A DNA stretch of 64,000 nt from a virus. Lineage: Duplodnaviria > Heunggongvirae > Uroviricota > Caudoviricetes. The translations under genes and the position numbers were made by a program. This document shows positions 56,717 through 64,000 of the stretch, piece after piece. Numbering within the stretch: position 1 is the first letter of the stretch; every line of letters starts with the position of its first letter. Where the stretch lies: positions 131,454 to 195,453 of the IMG/VR virus record IMGVR_UViG_3300018080_000104; one strand, given 5' to 3'. The notes below the pieces were generated by a model. That model worked only from the letters and a program-made list of their open reading frames with translations, ran no database searches and was not told the DNA's origin.

Positions 56717-57622
56717 CTATGCGCAAGGGTCGGTCTGCTTGTCGATCTCGACCTGCTTAGCTCGCATCTTGGCCAGTTGCTTATCATACGCTTTGCCGAT
56801 TGGATGATTGAGACACATCAACGGAGCGTGAGCAACACCATTATCCCTCACTACAACGTGATTATCTCTTCTTGCCTCGCGGAGGATCTCTTGGGCTTTG
56901 TCGATCTGTTCGTCCGAGTGCGGACCCTTACTGTGGCAATCGAATGCTCGTGCCATTCTCTCGGCCATCAACTGGATCAGCTCGCTCTTGGTGCCGATCT
57001 GGATCTCGGGGACCAAGCAGAACTGCCTGGTACGCGGCCAAAGTGGAGCATCCTTGGGGATCTTGCCCTCTTCCTTGTTCTTCTCGTAACCTTTGGTTGT
57101 TTCATTCTCGATTGTCGGCACTTGTTCGAGCCACATGCAACGGTGGCGGTCGTTCTTATCCGGAGGATCGCTCGCCGGCCTGACATTGAACGGGTAGAAA
57201 TCCTCATTGGGCATGGTCGGTATCACGCCGGCCATCACAATACAGTAGAGCTTTTCTGCTTCTTTGACAGGCTTATTCGTTTTGACTACGCGAGTACGCG
57301 CGACTCCCAGGTCATCGAGTTCAACGCACTCCGGACGAACCTCGATGATCTTTTGTTTCAATTCGTTCCAGATAAACAGGTTGCCATGTATGCCCGTGTC
57401 AAGCACAAAGCCATATTCGTTCGGCTGGAAGGCCGGGTCGCGAGAGTCCTTCCTCGGTCTGACCCAAGTTCCTCGCGGGAAGCACTTGCCGATCTCGGCG
57501 TGCATGCCACACGTTGCTTCAATCCCCTTGGTCTTGGCAACACCCTTGGCGGCTAAGAACCAAGCGAACATACCGGCGACAGTGGCAGCACAACTGCCCA
57601 TGAAACCTCTACGATTCGACAT
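56717..57622 (-). CDS. Lipoprotein-like or secreted hypothetical protein, 301 aa, on a unique island inside the array.
   Basis: ATG 57622 follows AAGGAGAGtagtg. Signal-like N-terminus MSNRRGFMGSCAATVAGMFAWFLAA. Confidence 0.55.
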   Translation of the reverse strand: MSNRRGFMGSCAATVAGMFAWFLAAKGVAKTKGIEATCGMHAEIGKCFPRGTWVRPRKDSRDPAFQPNEYGFVLDTGIHGNLFIWNELKQKIIEVRPECVELDDLGVARTRVVKTNKPVKEAEKLYCIVMAGVIPTMPNEDFYPFNVRPASDPPDKNDRHRCMWLEQVPTIENETTKGYEKNKEEGKIPKDAPLWPRTRQFCLVPEIQIGTKSELIQLMAERMARAFDCHSKGPHSDEQIDKAQEILREARRDNHVVVRDNGVAHAPLMCLNHPIGKAYDKQLAKMRAKQVEIDKQTDPCA

Positions 57623-58031
57623 CACTACTCTCCTTCTTGATAACGACGAGGACACTGCCTCTTGGATGATCGCGGCCGAGCCTCGCCCTGTCACGATTTT
57701 GTTCTGCTGTTCTTGGTAGTAAAGTGTGCTTTGCTTTGCGGTGCTGCGCCGGGCTGTGCAGTGCTCCGCATCGCTGAGCACGGCCACGCCGCGATTATGT
57801 TCTGTTGGTCTTAGTGTAAAGTGTGCTTTGCTTTGCTGGGCTAAGCGCCGCTACACCGGGCTCCGCTGGACTTTGCTTGGCCCCGCTAGGATTATGTTCT
57901 ATTGGCCTCGGCAGTAAAGTGTGCTTTGCTGTGCTTTGCTGGGCCCAGCTGGGCTATGCAGTGCTGTGCCTTGCGTTGCCGCGCTCCGATTATGCTCTGT
58001 TGGTCTGGAAAAGAATTGAAGCACAAAAGGC

Positions 58032-58214
58032 TGTCCTAAATGTGGCCATGTTTCCAAATCCAACCGAAACGGATTAGTGTTTCGGTGCGAAGTCTGTGGT
58101 TATGCAGACAACGCAGATCGTATTGGCGCTACTAACGTAGCACTTCGGTCCTTGGACATAGGGGACCGTAGCGGATCGCGTCTTGACACACGTTCATTCC
58201 AGCATCCCCTCTAG
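58032..58214 (+). pseudogene. tnpB: IS200/IS605-family TnpB (OrfB) 3' remnant: the zinc-finger C-terminus only.
   Basis: Translates to CPKCGHVSKSNRNGLVFRCEVCGYADNADRIGATNVALRS, the typical TnpB C-terminal Zn-finger region. An in-frame stop lies immediately upstream. The preceding sequence is a truncated repeat unit. Confidence 0.7.
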
Positions 58215-58335
58215 TTCTGCAACGTATTCGTCCAGACCTTTTCGCCTTAGCTTTACCTCTTTCAACTCCTTTTCAATAAATTCCTTTGGGGGGTTTCTCA
58301 ATAGGCTCCCAATCAAATCCTCGCCAAAGGTCTGA

Positions 58336-58470
58336 TCACGGCACGCCACAGCCTAAATCTATCAGATAATCACCAACATTATACTCTTCAGTAATAATGT
58401 CTTTAGGAATTTTAATGAATTGCCAGCTACCATGCATAGCAGCATCATTTGACCTAAATCTGTACCACAT
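58336..58470 (-). pseudogene. Possible 5' fragment of a SAM-methyltransferase gene (motif I VGDYLIDLGCG), ending in a premature stop.
   Basis: ORF ends right after the Gly-rich motif. It lies between the TnpB remnant and more repeat units. Confidence 0.25.
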
Positions 58471-58811
58471 TATTTGTCCTCGAACTTGTGAAGTTTTATG
58501 GGGAAGGATGCCATGCCCAACAACTTCCACTATTGATCTTGGGAGTAAGTGTGCTTTGCTTCGCATTGCATTGCTGAGCATCGCTGAGCTATACAGCGCC
58601 TTGCCTGGCCCGGATTATATCCTGTTGATTTTGGCAGTAAAGTGTGCTTTGCTTTGCATCGCAGGGCGCCGCTTCGCAGTGCTGTGCTGAACTTAGCAGC
58701 GCTTTGCCAAGCCCCGATTATGTTCTGTTGGTCTTAGTAGTAAAGTGTGCTTTGCACTGCAGGGCTGCGCCCTGCGCAGCTAGGCCGTGCATTGCCCGGA
58801 TGATCTCGGCT

Positions 58812-59633
58812 TTACCTGGTCTCTACCACGCCAAACCGCTGCCGGTTGAACGGCTGTAACGGTATTCTGGGCGAGCCCAGCGGAACGGGATCGTATCCCC
58901 GCTTTTCCGCATAGGTCGTAGTACCTTCGGCGTAAGTGGCCAAATAGCTGCCGGTCATCACGCCCAGCCGTTCTCTCTCCACTATCTTGCCGTCCTGCGG
59001 GACCAACTGAATGTCGGGATACACGAGCTTGTCGTGTAAATGGCCCATCAGCGTAATATCTGCATTGGTCTGATCGACGAACTTTTTCAGTCGCTGCATC
59101 TTACCGCCGCGGGTCTGAGCATATCCGCTGCCGTGGTGCGCCCTGATAGTAAACGTATCAGTCTTTTTTCCGCGCTTGAATACGATTGAGGCAAAACACG
59201 AATAGCCCAGGTTTTGCACTTTCAAACGATCACAGAGTTCCCGATGTAAATGCTGCTGCTCTTGATGGAGCTGATAAGCATCTTCGTGATTGCCGTAAAG
59301 CAGCCCCATGCACTTGTCTGCAATTGGTGCAAACCATTCGGCAATAGTGTCATTTCCTTTTTGTCCCATTGCACCGAGATCGGAGACCCGGAGCATCTTA
59401 TCGACCACAGTCGGGTCAAACCGACTGTCTTTGTAGCCGATGAAATCACAGTAGTCGCCCATCCCGATCCATAGGCACCGTTCTTGCCTCTTGATCCAGT
59501 CGATAGTCTCTTGCGCTCGGTCCTTTGCACAAGCTTCATTCAAGAGATGAATATCGCCTAGCGGTACAAGGTAAAACGGACAATCCAAATCCTTTTTTCG
59601 TAGCGTAACATTCCATGGTTTTGCAGCGTACAT
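58812..59633 (-). CDS. Calcineurin-like metallophosphoesterase (Ser/Thr phosphatase-like).
   Basis: Motifs GDIHL, GMGDYCD, GNHE and GHLH in canonical order. Confidence 0.75.
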   Translation of the reverse strand: MYAAKPWNVTLRKKDLDCPFYLVPLGDIHLLNEACAKDRAQETIDWIKRQERCLWIGMGDYCDFIGYKDSRFDPTVVDKMLRVSDLGAMGQKGNDTIAEWFAPIADKCMGLLYGNHEDAYQLHQEQQHLHRELCDRLKVQNLGYSCFASIVFKRGKKTDTFTIRAHHGSGYAQTRGGKMQRLKKFVDQTNADITLMGHLHDKLVYPDIQLVPQDGKIVERERLGVMTGSYLATYAEGTTTYAEKRGYDPVPLGSPRIPLQPFNRQRFGVVETR

Positions 59634-59836
59634 GGCTCCCTTTCTACAACTAGGAGTGAAAATACTGCGACACGCTGTGCCTTACAGAACAACGTTCAGT
59701 AAGGCAGCGCTACAACGATTATATTTTACCGGACATAAAAATGCCCGTATATTTTCCCTGCGCTAAAGAGATTAAAGTATGCCCTGCTACACACCGCCCG
59801 CATTGCGGGACTGCGCTGGGCTTCGCCCGGCTTGGA

Positions 59837-60385
59837 TTATTCTTCGCCGTATGATTGCGGGAAATTCCCGACATGATTCAGGACTATGGAAGGAGCAAAG
59901 TCGGTGAGTTGGGCTTTCGCCGCCTCGACGCCGTACGCTTTTAGCGCCGAACCTATCTTGCGTGTGATATCGTTGTTCACTTTGGAGCGATCCAGTTGAA
60001 TGTCTTCGAGCCGCTTCCTGGTGACATACTGGCACAGAACTGCCAATGATTCGTCTATCACGGCTGTCTCTACGTCGTGCGTCTCGACTAACGCCTGGAT
60101 TGCGTTTGTCACTGTATACCTGACCATACCGCCAACAACTACTCGTTGGCCGTCTTTGGTTATCAGCGACTGCGACGGCAAACTCTTTGTCTGCCGTTTG
60201 CGCGCCAGAGTATAGATGCTCGACCAGAAAGGCCAATAGAAATAGATTCCGGGTTTTAGCTCCCGGACGCGATTCCCGCGCTTGATCAGCACAGCAACAT
60301 CGGTACATTCCACGTGTTTCCACGCCGGGAAGAAACTCCCCAGCGTAGTCATCAACTGGCCGAGCCAGGCGAATGCCGCTTCCAT
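59837..60385 (-). CDS. SPFH / band-7 domain protein.
   Basis: Pattern ...ITKDGQRVVVGGMVRYTVTNAIQALVETHDVETAVIDESLAVL...DITRKIGSALKAYGVE... fits the SPFH fold. Confidence 0.55.
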   Translation of the reverse strand: MEAAFAWLGQLMTTLGSFFPAWKHVECTDVAVLIKRGNRVRELKPGIYFYWPFWSSIYTLARKRQTKSLPSQSLITKDGQRVVVGGMVRYTVTNAIQALVETHDVETAVIDESLAVLCQYVTRKRLEDIQLDRSKVNNDITRKIGSALKAYGVEAAKAQLTDFAPSIVLNHVGNFPQSYGEE

Positions 60386-60467
60386 GGCCCCGCTCCCATA
60401 TTGCCGGCTGAATTTCCGCAGTTCTCACGCTAATCACAATTGCTACCAAATCGACGATCGAAACAAG

Positions 60468-60677
60468 TTATTGTGGCACGACCTTGCTGGCCCTAGTTTT
60501 ACCTTCATCGGTCGTGATCGTCTCGTACTCTACTGCCGTGCCTTCAGTCAATCCGTCGATGTCGCTTTTATTCGGCAATGCCGTGCAGTGAAAAAACACA
60601 TCGGTCTTCCCGCTGTCTGGCATAATAAAGCCAAATCCACGATCAACAATCACTTTTTTAATGGTACCGCGTAACAT
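60468..60677 (-). CDS. Cold-shock protein (CspA family).
   Basis: MLRGTIKKVIVDRGFGFIMPDSGKTDVFFHCTAL carries RNP1-like GFGFI and the FFH motif. ATG 60677 follows GGAGAgcgag. Confidence 0.8.
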   Translation of the reverse strand: MLRGTIKKVIVDRGFGFIMPDSGKTDVFFHCTALPNKSDIDGLTEGTAVEYETITTDEGKTRASKVVPQ

Positions 60678-60770
60678 CTCGCTCTCCATCATCGTTCAGG
60701 GTAATTGCAAAGAATGCAGGACATCTACCCTTTGAATGTCTCACATATCAGTAAATCGCGTTCGCTGGTT

Positions 60771-61079
60771 TCAGTCGCGTGTTCGCAGGATTGCCAGGAT
60801 ATCTTCCTCGCGGGCCATAACATATTCCTGGCCGTCGAACCTAAATACATCGCCGGCAAAATTGGACAAGACTACACGATCGCCTTCGCCGATCTGGCCG
60901 GAAACGTATGTGCCGTCGGGCTGCAGCCTTCCTGGCCCTACCGCAATAACAGTGCCAAGCCGCGGACGATCTTGCGACGCATCGGGAATGACTACGCCGC
61001 CCGGCGACATTTCTTCTGCTGAATCTCGTTCTACGACAATTCGGGTGCCGATTGGCTCAAACACAATCTTCGCTGACAT
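60771..61079 (-). CDS. groES: Co-chaperonin GroES (Cpn10).
   Basis: MSAKIVFEPIGTRIVVERDSAEEMSPGGVVIPDAS...GTVIAVGPGR...DGTYV...GDRVVLSNFAG...DGQEYVMAREEDILAIL. ATG 61079 follows GGGAGagaaag. Confidence 0.85.
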   Translation of the reverse strand: MSAKIVFEPIGTRIVVERDSAEEMSPGGVVIPDASQDRPRLGTVIAVGPGRLQPDGTYVSGQIGEGDRVVLSNFAGDVFRFDGQEYVMAREEDILAILRTRD

Positions 61080-61362
61080 CTTTCTCTCCCTGTACTTGTA
61101 TTGGACGAAAAGCCTCACACTCCCAGACCGGCGTAACTACCATCATATCGTCGATCTTCCCGCAGCAGATCTCATACAGTGCCGCTGCAATTCGGCAGTT
61201 GTCTATCTGACCTGGATGAAAATGATCGCACCGGCAGCATAGACAGTGGTCCCGATGCCGACCTCGCAGATCCGTCTGCACGCTCACAGTGTGCCCGTGA
61301 TGTTCGTACTGTTCGATCATCGCATTATTCCTTACCCTATCTAGGGTAGCGTAACCGCCCCA

Positions 61363-62199
61363 TCATTGCAATATGTTGCATACCTGCCGGAAAACCGCGT
61401 CCAGTGTAAAATAGGCCGGAACGACCTCCCGGAGCCTTGCTTGCATGGCAGGAACCGCCCCAGATGCCTCCAGCGTCCGCAGGCAGCCCGCCAAGCCGTC
61501 CAAATCGTCTACGTGGCAAAGGACACTAAATTCCTCCCAACGCAGCCTATCGGCGTACGGGAGCCATAATTCGTCATAGATGTAGACCGGGATTGCCCCG
61601 TAGGTCATAGCCTCGTACAGCCGAAAGGACGTCTTACCATATCCGCGGGGACATAACGCGAATATACAGCGGGATAACCCCCCTGCAGCGGGTCGCCATA
61701 GTCTGCTTTGCCTATAAGTGTCATGGATTACGAATCCTGGCTCTTTGGCCAGCCGATTCCGCATCCTGGTGCGTACGCGGTGAGTGTTGCAACTCTTACT
61801 GGTAATTCTGCCGGAAAAATAGGCAAAATGCTTTCTTTCTACTCCAGCAACAGCAGGCAGAAAATCGTATACCAGCGGAACCGCAATATCGCCGACGCCG
61901 CCGGCCGCGAACGTCAACAGATTGGCCGGCACTTCATTGCGAAAGGCGCCGCTGTCATGCTGTACGATCGTGAATGCCGGCGCCTTGACGCGATCCAGCG
62001 CCGCCTGTATCTGCGCTGTGCGCGACTTCTTTGCTGTGTACAGATGCGTCCAGAATATGGGCAGGTACTGTCGGCTCAATCCTTTTGGCTGCTCCTGTTT
62101 CCACCTCGCATAGAAATAGTCTTCCAGCTTCGGTCCAGGAAACGGATAGGCCCAGCATCTGGTCCGTATTTTTCGCAAGCTTTCGGGCACATCAATCAT
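61363..62199 (-). CDS. Exostosin-like (GT47) glycosyltransferase.
   Basis: C-terminal block FALCPRGYGKTSFRLYEAMTYGAIPVYIYDE typical of the exostosin family. Confidence 0.5.
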   Translation of the reverse strand: MIDVPESLRKIRTRCWAYPFPGPKLEDYFYARWKQEQPKGLSRQYLPIFWTHLYTAKKSRTAQIQAALDRVKAPAFTIVQHDSGAFRNEVPANLLTFAAGGVGDIAVPLVYDFLPAVAGVERKHFAYFSGRITSKSCNTHRVRTRMRNRLAKEPGFVIHDTYRQSRLWRPAAGGLSRCIFALCPRGYGKTSFRLYEAMTYGAIPVYIYDELWLPYADRLRWEEFSVLCHVDDLDGLAGCLRTLEASGAVPAMQARLREVVPAYFTLDAVFRQVCNILQ

Positions 62200-62947
62200 G
62201 GAAATGGAATCCTTTCGGTAACGATGCCAATACGCCGCGGCTCGGCATTGCATTAGTGACGTTGCGCTCGTGGCACACAGCTATGCAGCATTGATCGCCG
62301 ACGAATTCATCTACAGTCCATATATTATGGCTTCGACACATTACCGTAGTAAGTTTATCGCGCCAGGGCTCCAAATAGGATACGAACGGCGATGCTTGCC
62401 TTGCCGACAATTGCTTTGTTACGCCACTATTCGCCTCCATGCGGAAAAACGTCCTGAAATCCAATGTCCGCGGTTTTGTGTTTCGATAGCAAGCATCCTG
62501 CAGCAGCTGTACGAAATCTTCACGCACAGCGTCGTCGTTGTCCACCCTGGATGTGAGTAAGTGCGAATACTTCGTAGCCGTCTCGGCAACAATCGTCTTG
62601 ATTGCCGCTTTGTAGTCGACCCCGTGGCCGCCGCGCGCTGCCCGGAACGCTGTCATGACCAGTCGTACCGGACATTTGGCGGCCGCAACTATCGCTTTGA
62701 TGTCTGCCGCCGGCGTACGGCTGTCCATAGCGAGCACCCAAAAGAAATCCTTGTTGAGCTGATACTGTATGCTGGGCGCACAGAATCGCCGGAAGAGGAC
62801 AAACCGCTGTTTCATCCATCGTTCCGGCGATCCAATGCGCCGATGCCGCCTTTTCACATTTGCCCGCCGCCTATCTGAGGCTTTCCGCCAATCGTCGTAC
62901 AGGCCAACGTTGTAGCGAGTAAAGATGAAATGGGCGATCTTCGGCAT
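62192..62947 (-). CDS. Putative glycosyltransferase-like protein, 251 aa.
   Basis: Adjacent to and overlapping the GT47 gene. No strong motif. Weak assignment. Confidence 0.3.
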   Translation of the reverse strand: MPKIAHFIFTRYNVGLYDDWRKASDRRRANVKRRHRRIGSPERWMKQRFVLFRRFCAPSIQYQLNKDFFWVLAMDSRTPAADIKAIVAAAKCPVRLVMTAFRAARGGHGVDYKAAIKTIVAETATKYSHLLTSRVDNDDAVREDFVQLLQDACYRNTKPRTLDFRTFFRMEANSGVTKQLSARQASPFVSYLEPWRDKLTTVMCRSHNIWTVDEFVGDQCCIAVCHERNVTNAMPSRGVLASLPKGFHFHD

Positions 62948-63579
62948 TATTCCAGATCCTTGCGATCCTCGTCCGTGTACGTCGTATCTACAGGCTCAGA
63001 AGTCGATGTACATTTCCGTGCGCTGGTAACCTTTTCCGACATCTTTCGGTAGGCGGCACCGGGCTTACACAGATTATATTGCACAACACACGGAGCCCGA
63101 ATACCAATATTGGTGGCCTGGTCGAACACATCGGCATTCGCACCGAGGAAGTTGAAGTGCCAGGAATACTTGTCCCGCTGTTCTTCGATCATCGCCTTAA
63201 CCTGCTGCAGCGTGTATTCCCTGGAAGCGTTTTCCTTGCCGTCCGTAACAATGACGCAGATTACGGTTGCGGGTCTGTCGGCCTCGGTCATCGCTGCCAG
63301 TCGCTCGCCTGTCTCGGAGATGGCGCGCCCGACGGCATCCAGCAGCGCTGTCATGCCGGCTGGTCGCAACCGATATGGTGTTACATCTCCGATCGGCGTA
63401 CCTTTGTAGACGAAGTCATACCTCGTATCGAATTGTACCAGTGTCAAGTTGGCTTCGCCGACGCCTTTCTTTTGCTCTTCGATAAACGTGTTGATCCCGC
63501 CTTCGGCATCTTCTTGGCAGGCACTCATCGATCCCGACCGATCCACGATCAGGATAATTTCTGTCAAATCTTGTCGCAT
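62947..63579 (-). CDS. von Willebrand factor A (vWA) domain protein.
   Basis: MIDAS motif DRSGSMS. Thr in GMTALLDAV. VTDGKEN block. Confidence 0.65.
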   Translation of the reverse strand: MRQDLTEIILIVDRSGSMSACQEDAEGGINTFIEEQKKGVGEANLTLVQFDTRYDFVYKGTPIGDVTPYRLRPAGMTALLDAVGRAISETGERLAAMTEADRPATVICVIVTDGKENASREYTLQQVKAMIEEQRDKYSWHFNFLGANADVFDQATNIGIRAPCVVQYNLCKPGAAYRKMSEKVTSARKCTSTSEPVDTTYTDEDRKDLE

Positions 63580-63606
63580 AATAATTCTCCTTTGTAAAAA
63601 GTGCTG

Positions 63607-63936
63607 TTACTGCTGCACCACAAACTCATCTGGATGATGTCCGTGATTGCACCACGTTATCGCTTGCTCCGCCGTTTTGACGTCAGGCGGAACCCTAAGC
63701 ATATGAATATCGCCTGTCGACGGGCAGGTCATTTTCAGTACGTTGTACTTGACCGGCATGTTGGACATTGGAACGTTGAGTAATTCGTACTCTCGCCAAG
63801 TATCCAAGATTTTACAGCCAAGCTGTAAAACCATTCGCTCGTATCCGATCTCTCTGATCAGAATGCGGCGTACTTCGGCATTATCTTCATCCAGAATCCA
63901 TTCTGGCCTCCAATGCTCGCAATTTACCGCACCCAT
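63607..63936 (-). CDS. Hypothetical protein, 109 aa.
   Basis: ORF with the same polarity as its neighbours. Confidence 0.4.
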   Translation of the reverse strand: MGAVNCEHWRPEWILDEDNAEVRRILIREIGYERMVLQLGCKILDTWREYELLNVPMSNMPVKYNVLKMTCPSTGDIHMLRVPPDVKTAEQAITWCNHGHHPDEFVVQQ

Positions 63937-64000
63937 TCTTTCTGGAATCTTGACATTATGCCAGTGATACAGATTGAACCCCCAGTACTCTACACTAGGC

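Larger units (their letters stand above)
53400..58805. repeat. Tandem array of about 35 copies of a composite unit of roughly 95 bp (range 82-116): a 40-bp conserved core (GATTATGTTCTGTTGGTCTTGGTAGTAAAGTGTGCTTTGC) plus a 45-65-bp hypervariable GC-rich tail. Five segments are separated by unique islands.
   Basis: Core copies start at about 53461, 53563, 54147, 54248, 54338, 54434, 54535, 54626, 54711, 54806, 55215, 55306, 55404, 55498, 55614, 55722, 55820, 55902, 55994, 56090, 56188, 56293, 56389, 56463, 56553, 56643, 57689, 57794, 57890, 57980, 58610, 58717, among others. Tails are built from GCTGAGC, GCTTTGC and GCACGGC-like words. Block duplication: about 55560-55760 matches about 56160-56330. 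Confidence 0.9.

Noticed and set aside
53446-58077. Dozens of 60-100-aa six-frame ORFs rich in Leu, Ala and Cys across the array (for example MLCFAGLSAATPGS..., LLVLVVKCALLC...).
   Set aside because: They are artefacts of translating GCT/TTG/CTG-rich repeats. They have no SD sites, and the same peptides recur in every frame and on both strands.
53400-58805. Interpreting the repeat array as a canonical CRISPR array.
   Set aside because: The repeat is about 40 bp and the 'spacers' are 45-65 bp, giving a period of about 95 bp. The 'spacers' are low-complexity, compositionally biased and related to one another. No cas genes are in the window. It is kept as a finding rather than a CRISPR feature.
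25337-59836. tRNA or tmRNA genes in the longer intergenic regions (25337-25632, 38026-38428, 48329-48685, 59634-59836).
   Set aside because: No cloverleaf or T-loop (GTTCRANYC) signatures were found by eye. A tRNAscan-SE run would be definitive.
59787-60449. The 220-aa ORF overlapping the SPFH gene in another frame.
   Set aside because: It is Arg-rich and low-complexity. The co-linear ORF 59837-60385 has a clear SPFH-like sequence and a sensible start.
61057-61320. An 87-aa Cys/His-rich ORF overlapping the groES start.
   Set aside because: It overlaps the better-supported GroES N-terminus. It could be real (weak SD AAGGA), but it was not called. Expression data are needed.

Overview
This 64-kb window (about 52% GC) looks like part of a large virulent bacteriophage or virus-like genome of a bacterium. 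Evidence: most genes are on the minus strand and tightly packed; many start codons follow AGGAGG-type Shine-Dalgarno (SD) sites; stop/start overlaps of the ATGA/TAATG type are common; and most products have no recognisable bacterial counterpart.

Recognisable content, in order along the window:
- 1-8.4 kb: a head-morphogenesis module. It contains a 5'-complete HK97-fold major capsid protein (MCP) gene that runs off the window, two small proteins, an acidic scaffold-like protein, and a prohead-protease-like protein interrupted by a 380-aa LAGLIDADG intein.
- 12.4-19.7 kb: a phage-encoded multisubunit RNA polymerase (RNAP) with an unusual layout. Beta is fused to the N-terminal half of beta' (it contains the ADFDGD catalytic loop). 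The C-terminal half of beta' is a separate gene, and two unrelated genes lie between the halves.
- 22.9-29.6 kb: a plus-strand island of membrane and secreted proteins. It includes a cysteine peptidase followed by two paralogous 2-TM proteins (a candidate lysis cassette) and a membrane-anchored SAM methyltransferase.
- 34.2-38.0 kb: a translationally coupled operon. It encodes a small membrane protein, a membrane-anchored PAS-domain protein, and a 944-aa nucleic-acid end-healing/sealing protein with five domains: 2H phosphoesterase, LigD-type 3'-phosphoesterase, ATP-dependent ligase, Zn ribbon and inorganic pyrophosphatase (PPase).
- 38.4-40.1 kb: a ribbon-helix-helix (RHH) regulator followed by two adjacent 'pseudo-enzymes'. 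One is a histidine-phosphatase/phosphoglycerate-mutase (PGM) fold protein with RHGET replaced by CCGKT. The other is an orotidine-5'-phosphate decarboxylase (OMPDC)-like barrel with a degenerate DxKxxD motif.
- Dispersed carbohydrate-modification genes: three sulfotransferases, a GDP-mannose-3,5-epimerase-like short-chain dehydrogenase/reductase (SDR), several glycosyltransferase-like proteins, a GT47 exostosin-like protein, a DUF3310 + nucleoside-deoxyribosyltransferase-like fusion, and a radical-SAM-like protein.
- 58.8-63.6 kb: host-like auxiliary genes, namely a metallophosphoesterase, an SPFH/band-7 protein, a CspA-type cold-shock protein, GroES and a vWA protein.

The most unusual feature is a roughly 5.4-kb tandem array at 53.4-58.8 kb. 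It holds about 35 copies of a 95-bp composite unit: a conserved 40-bp AT-richer core (consensus GATTATGTTCTGTTGGTCTTGGTAGTAAAGTGTGCTTTGC) plus a hypervariable GC-rich tail of 45-65 bp. The array also shows block-level (higher-order) duplications. Embedded in it are unique islands: a decayed paralog of the flanking gene, a 61-aa ORF, a lipoprotein-like gene, an IS200/IS605 TnpB 3' remnant truncated by a repeat unit, and a methyltransferase 5' fragment.

No tRNA, rRNA or canonical CRISPR-Cas was found. Coordinates follow the supplied ORF track (stop codon included). Starts were re-chosen by eye where an internal ATG had a better SD site.
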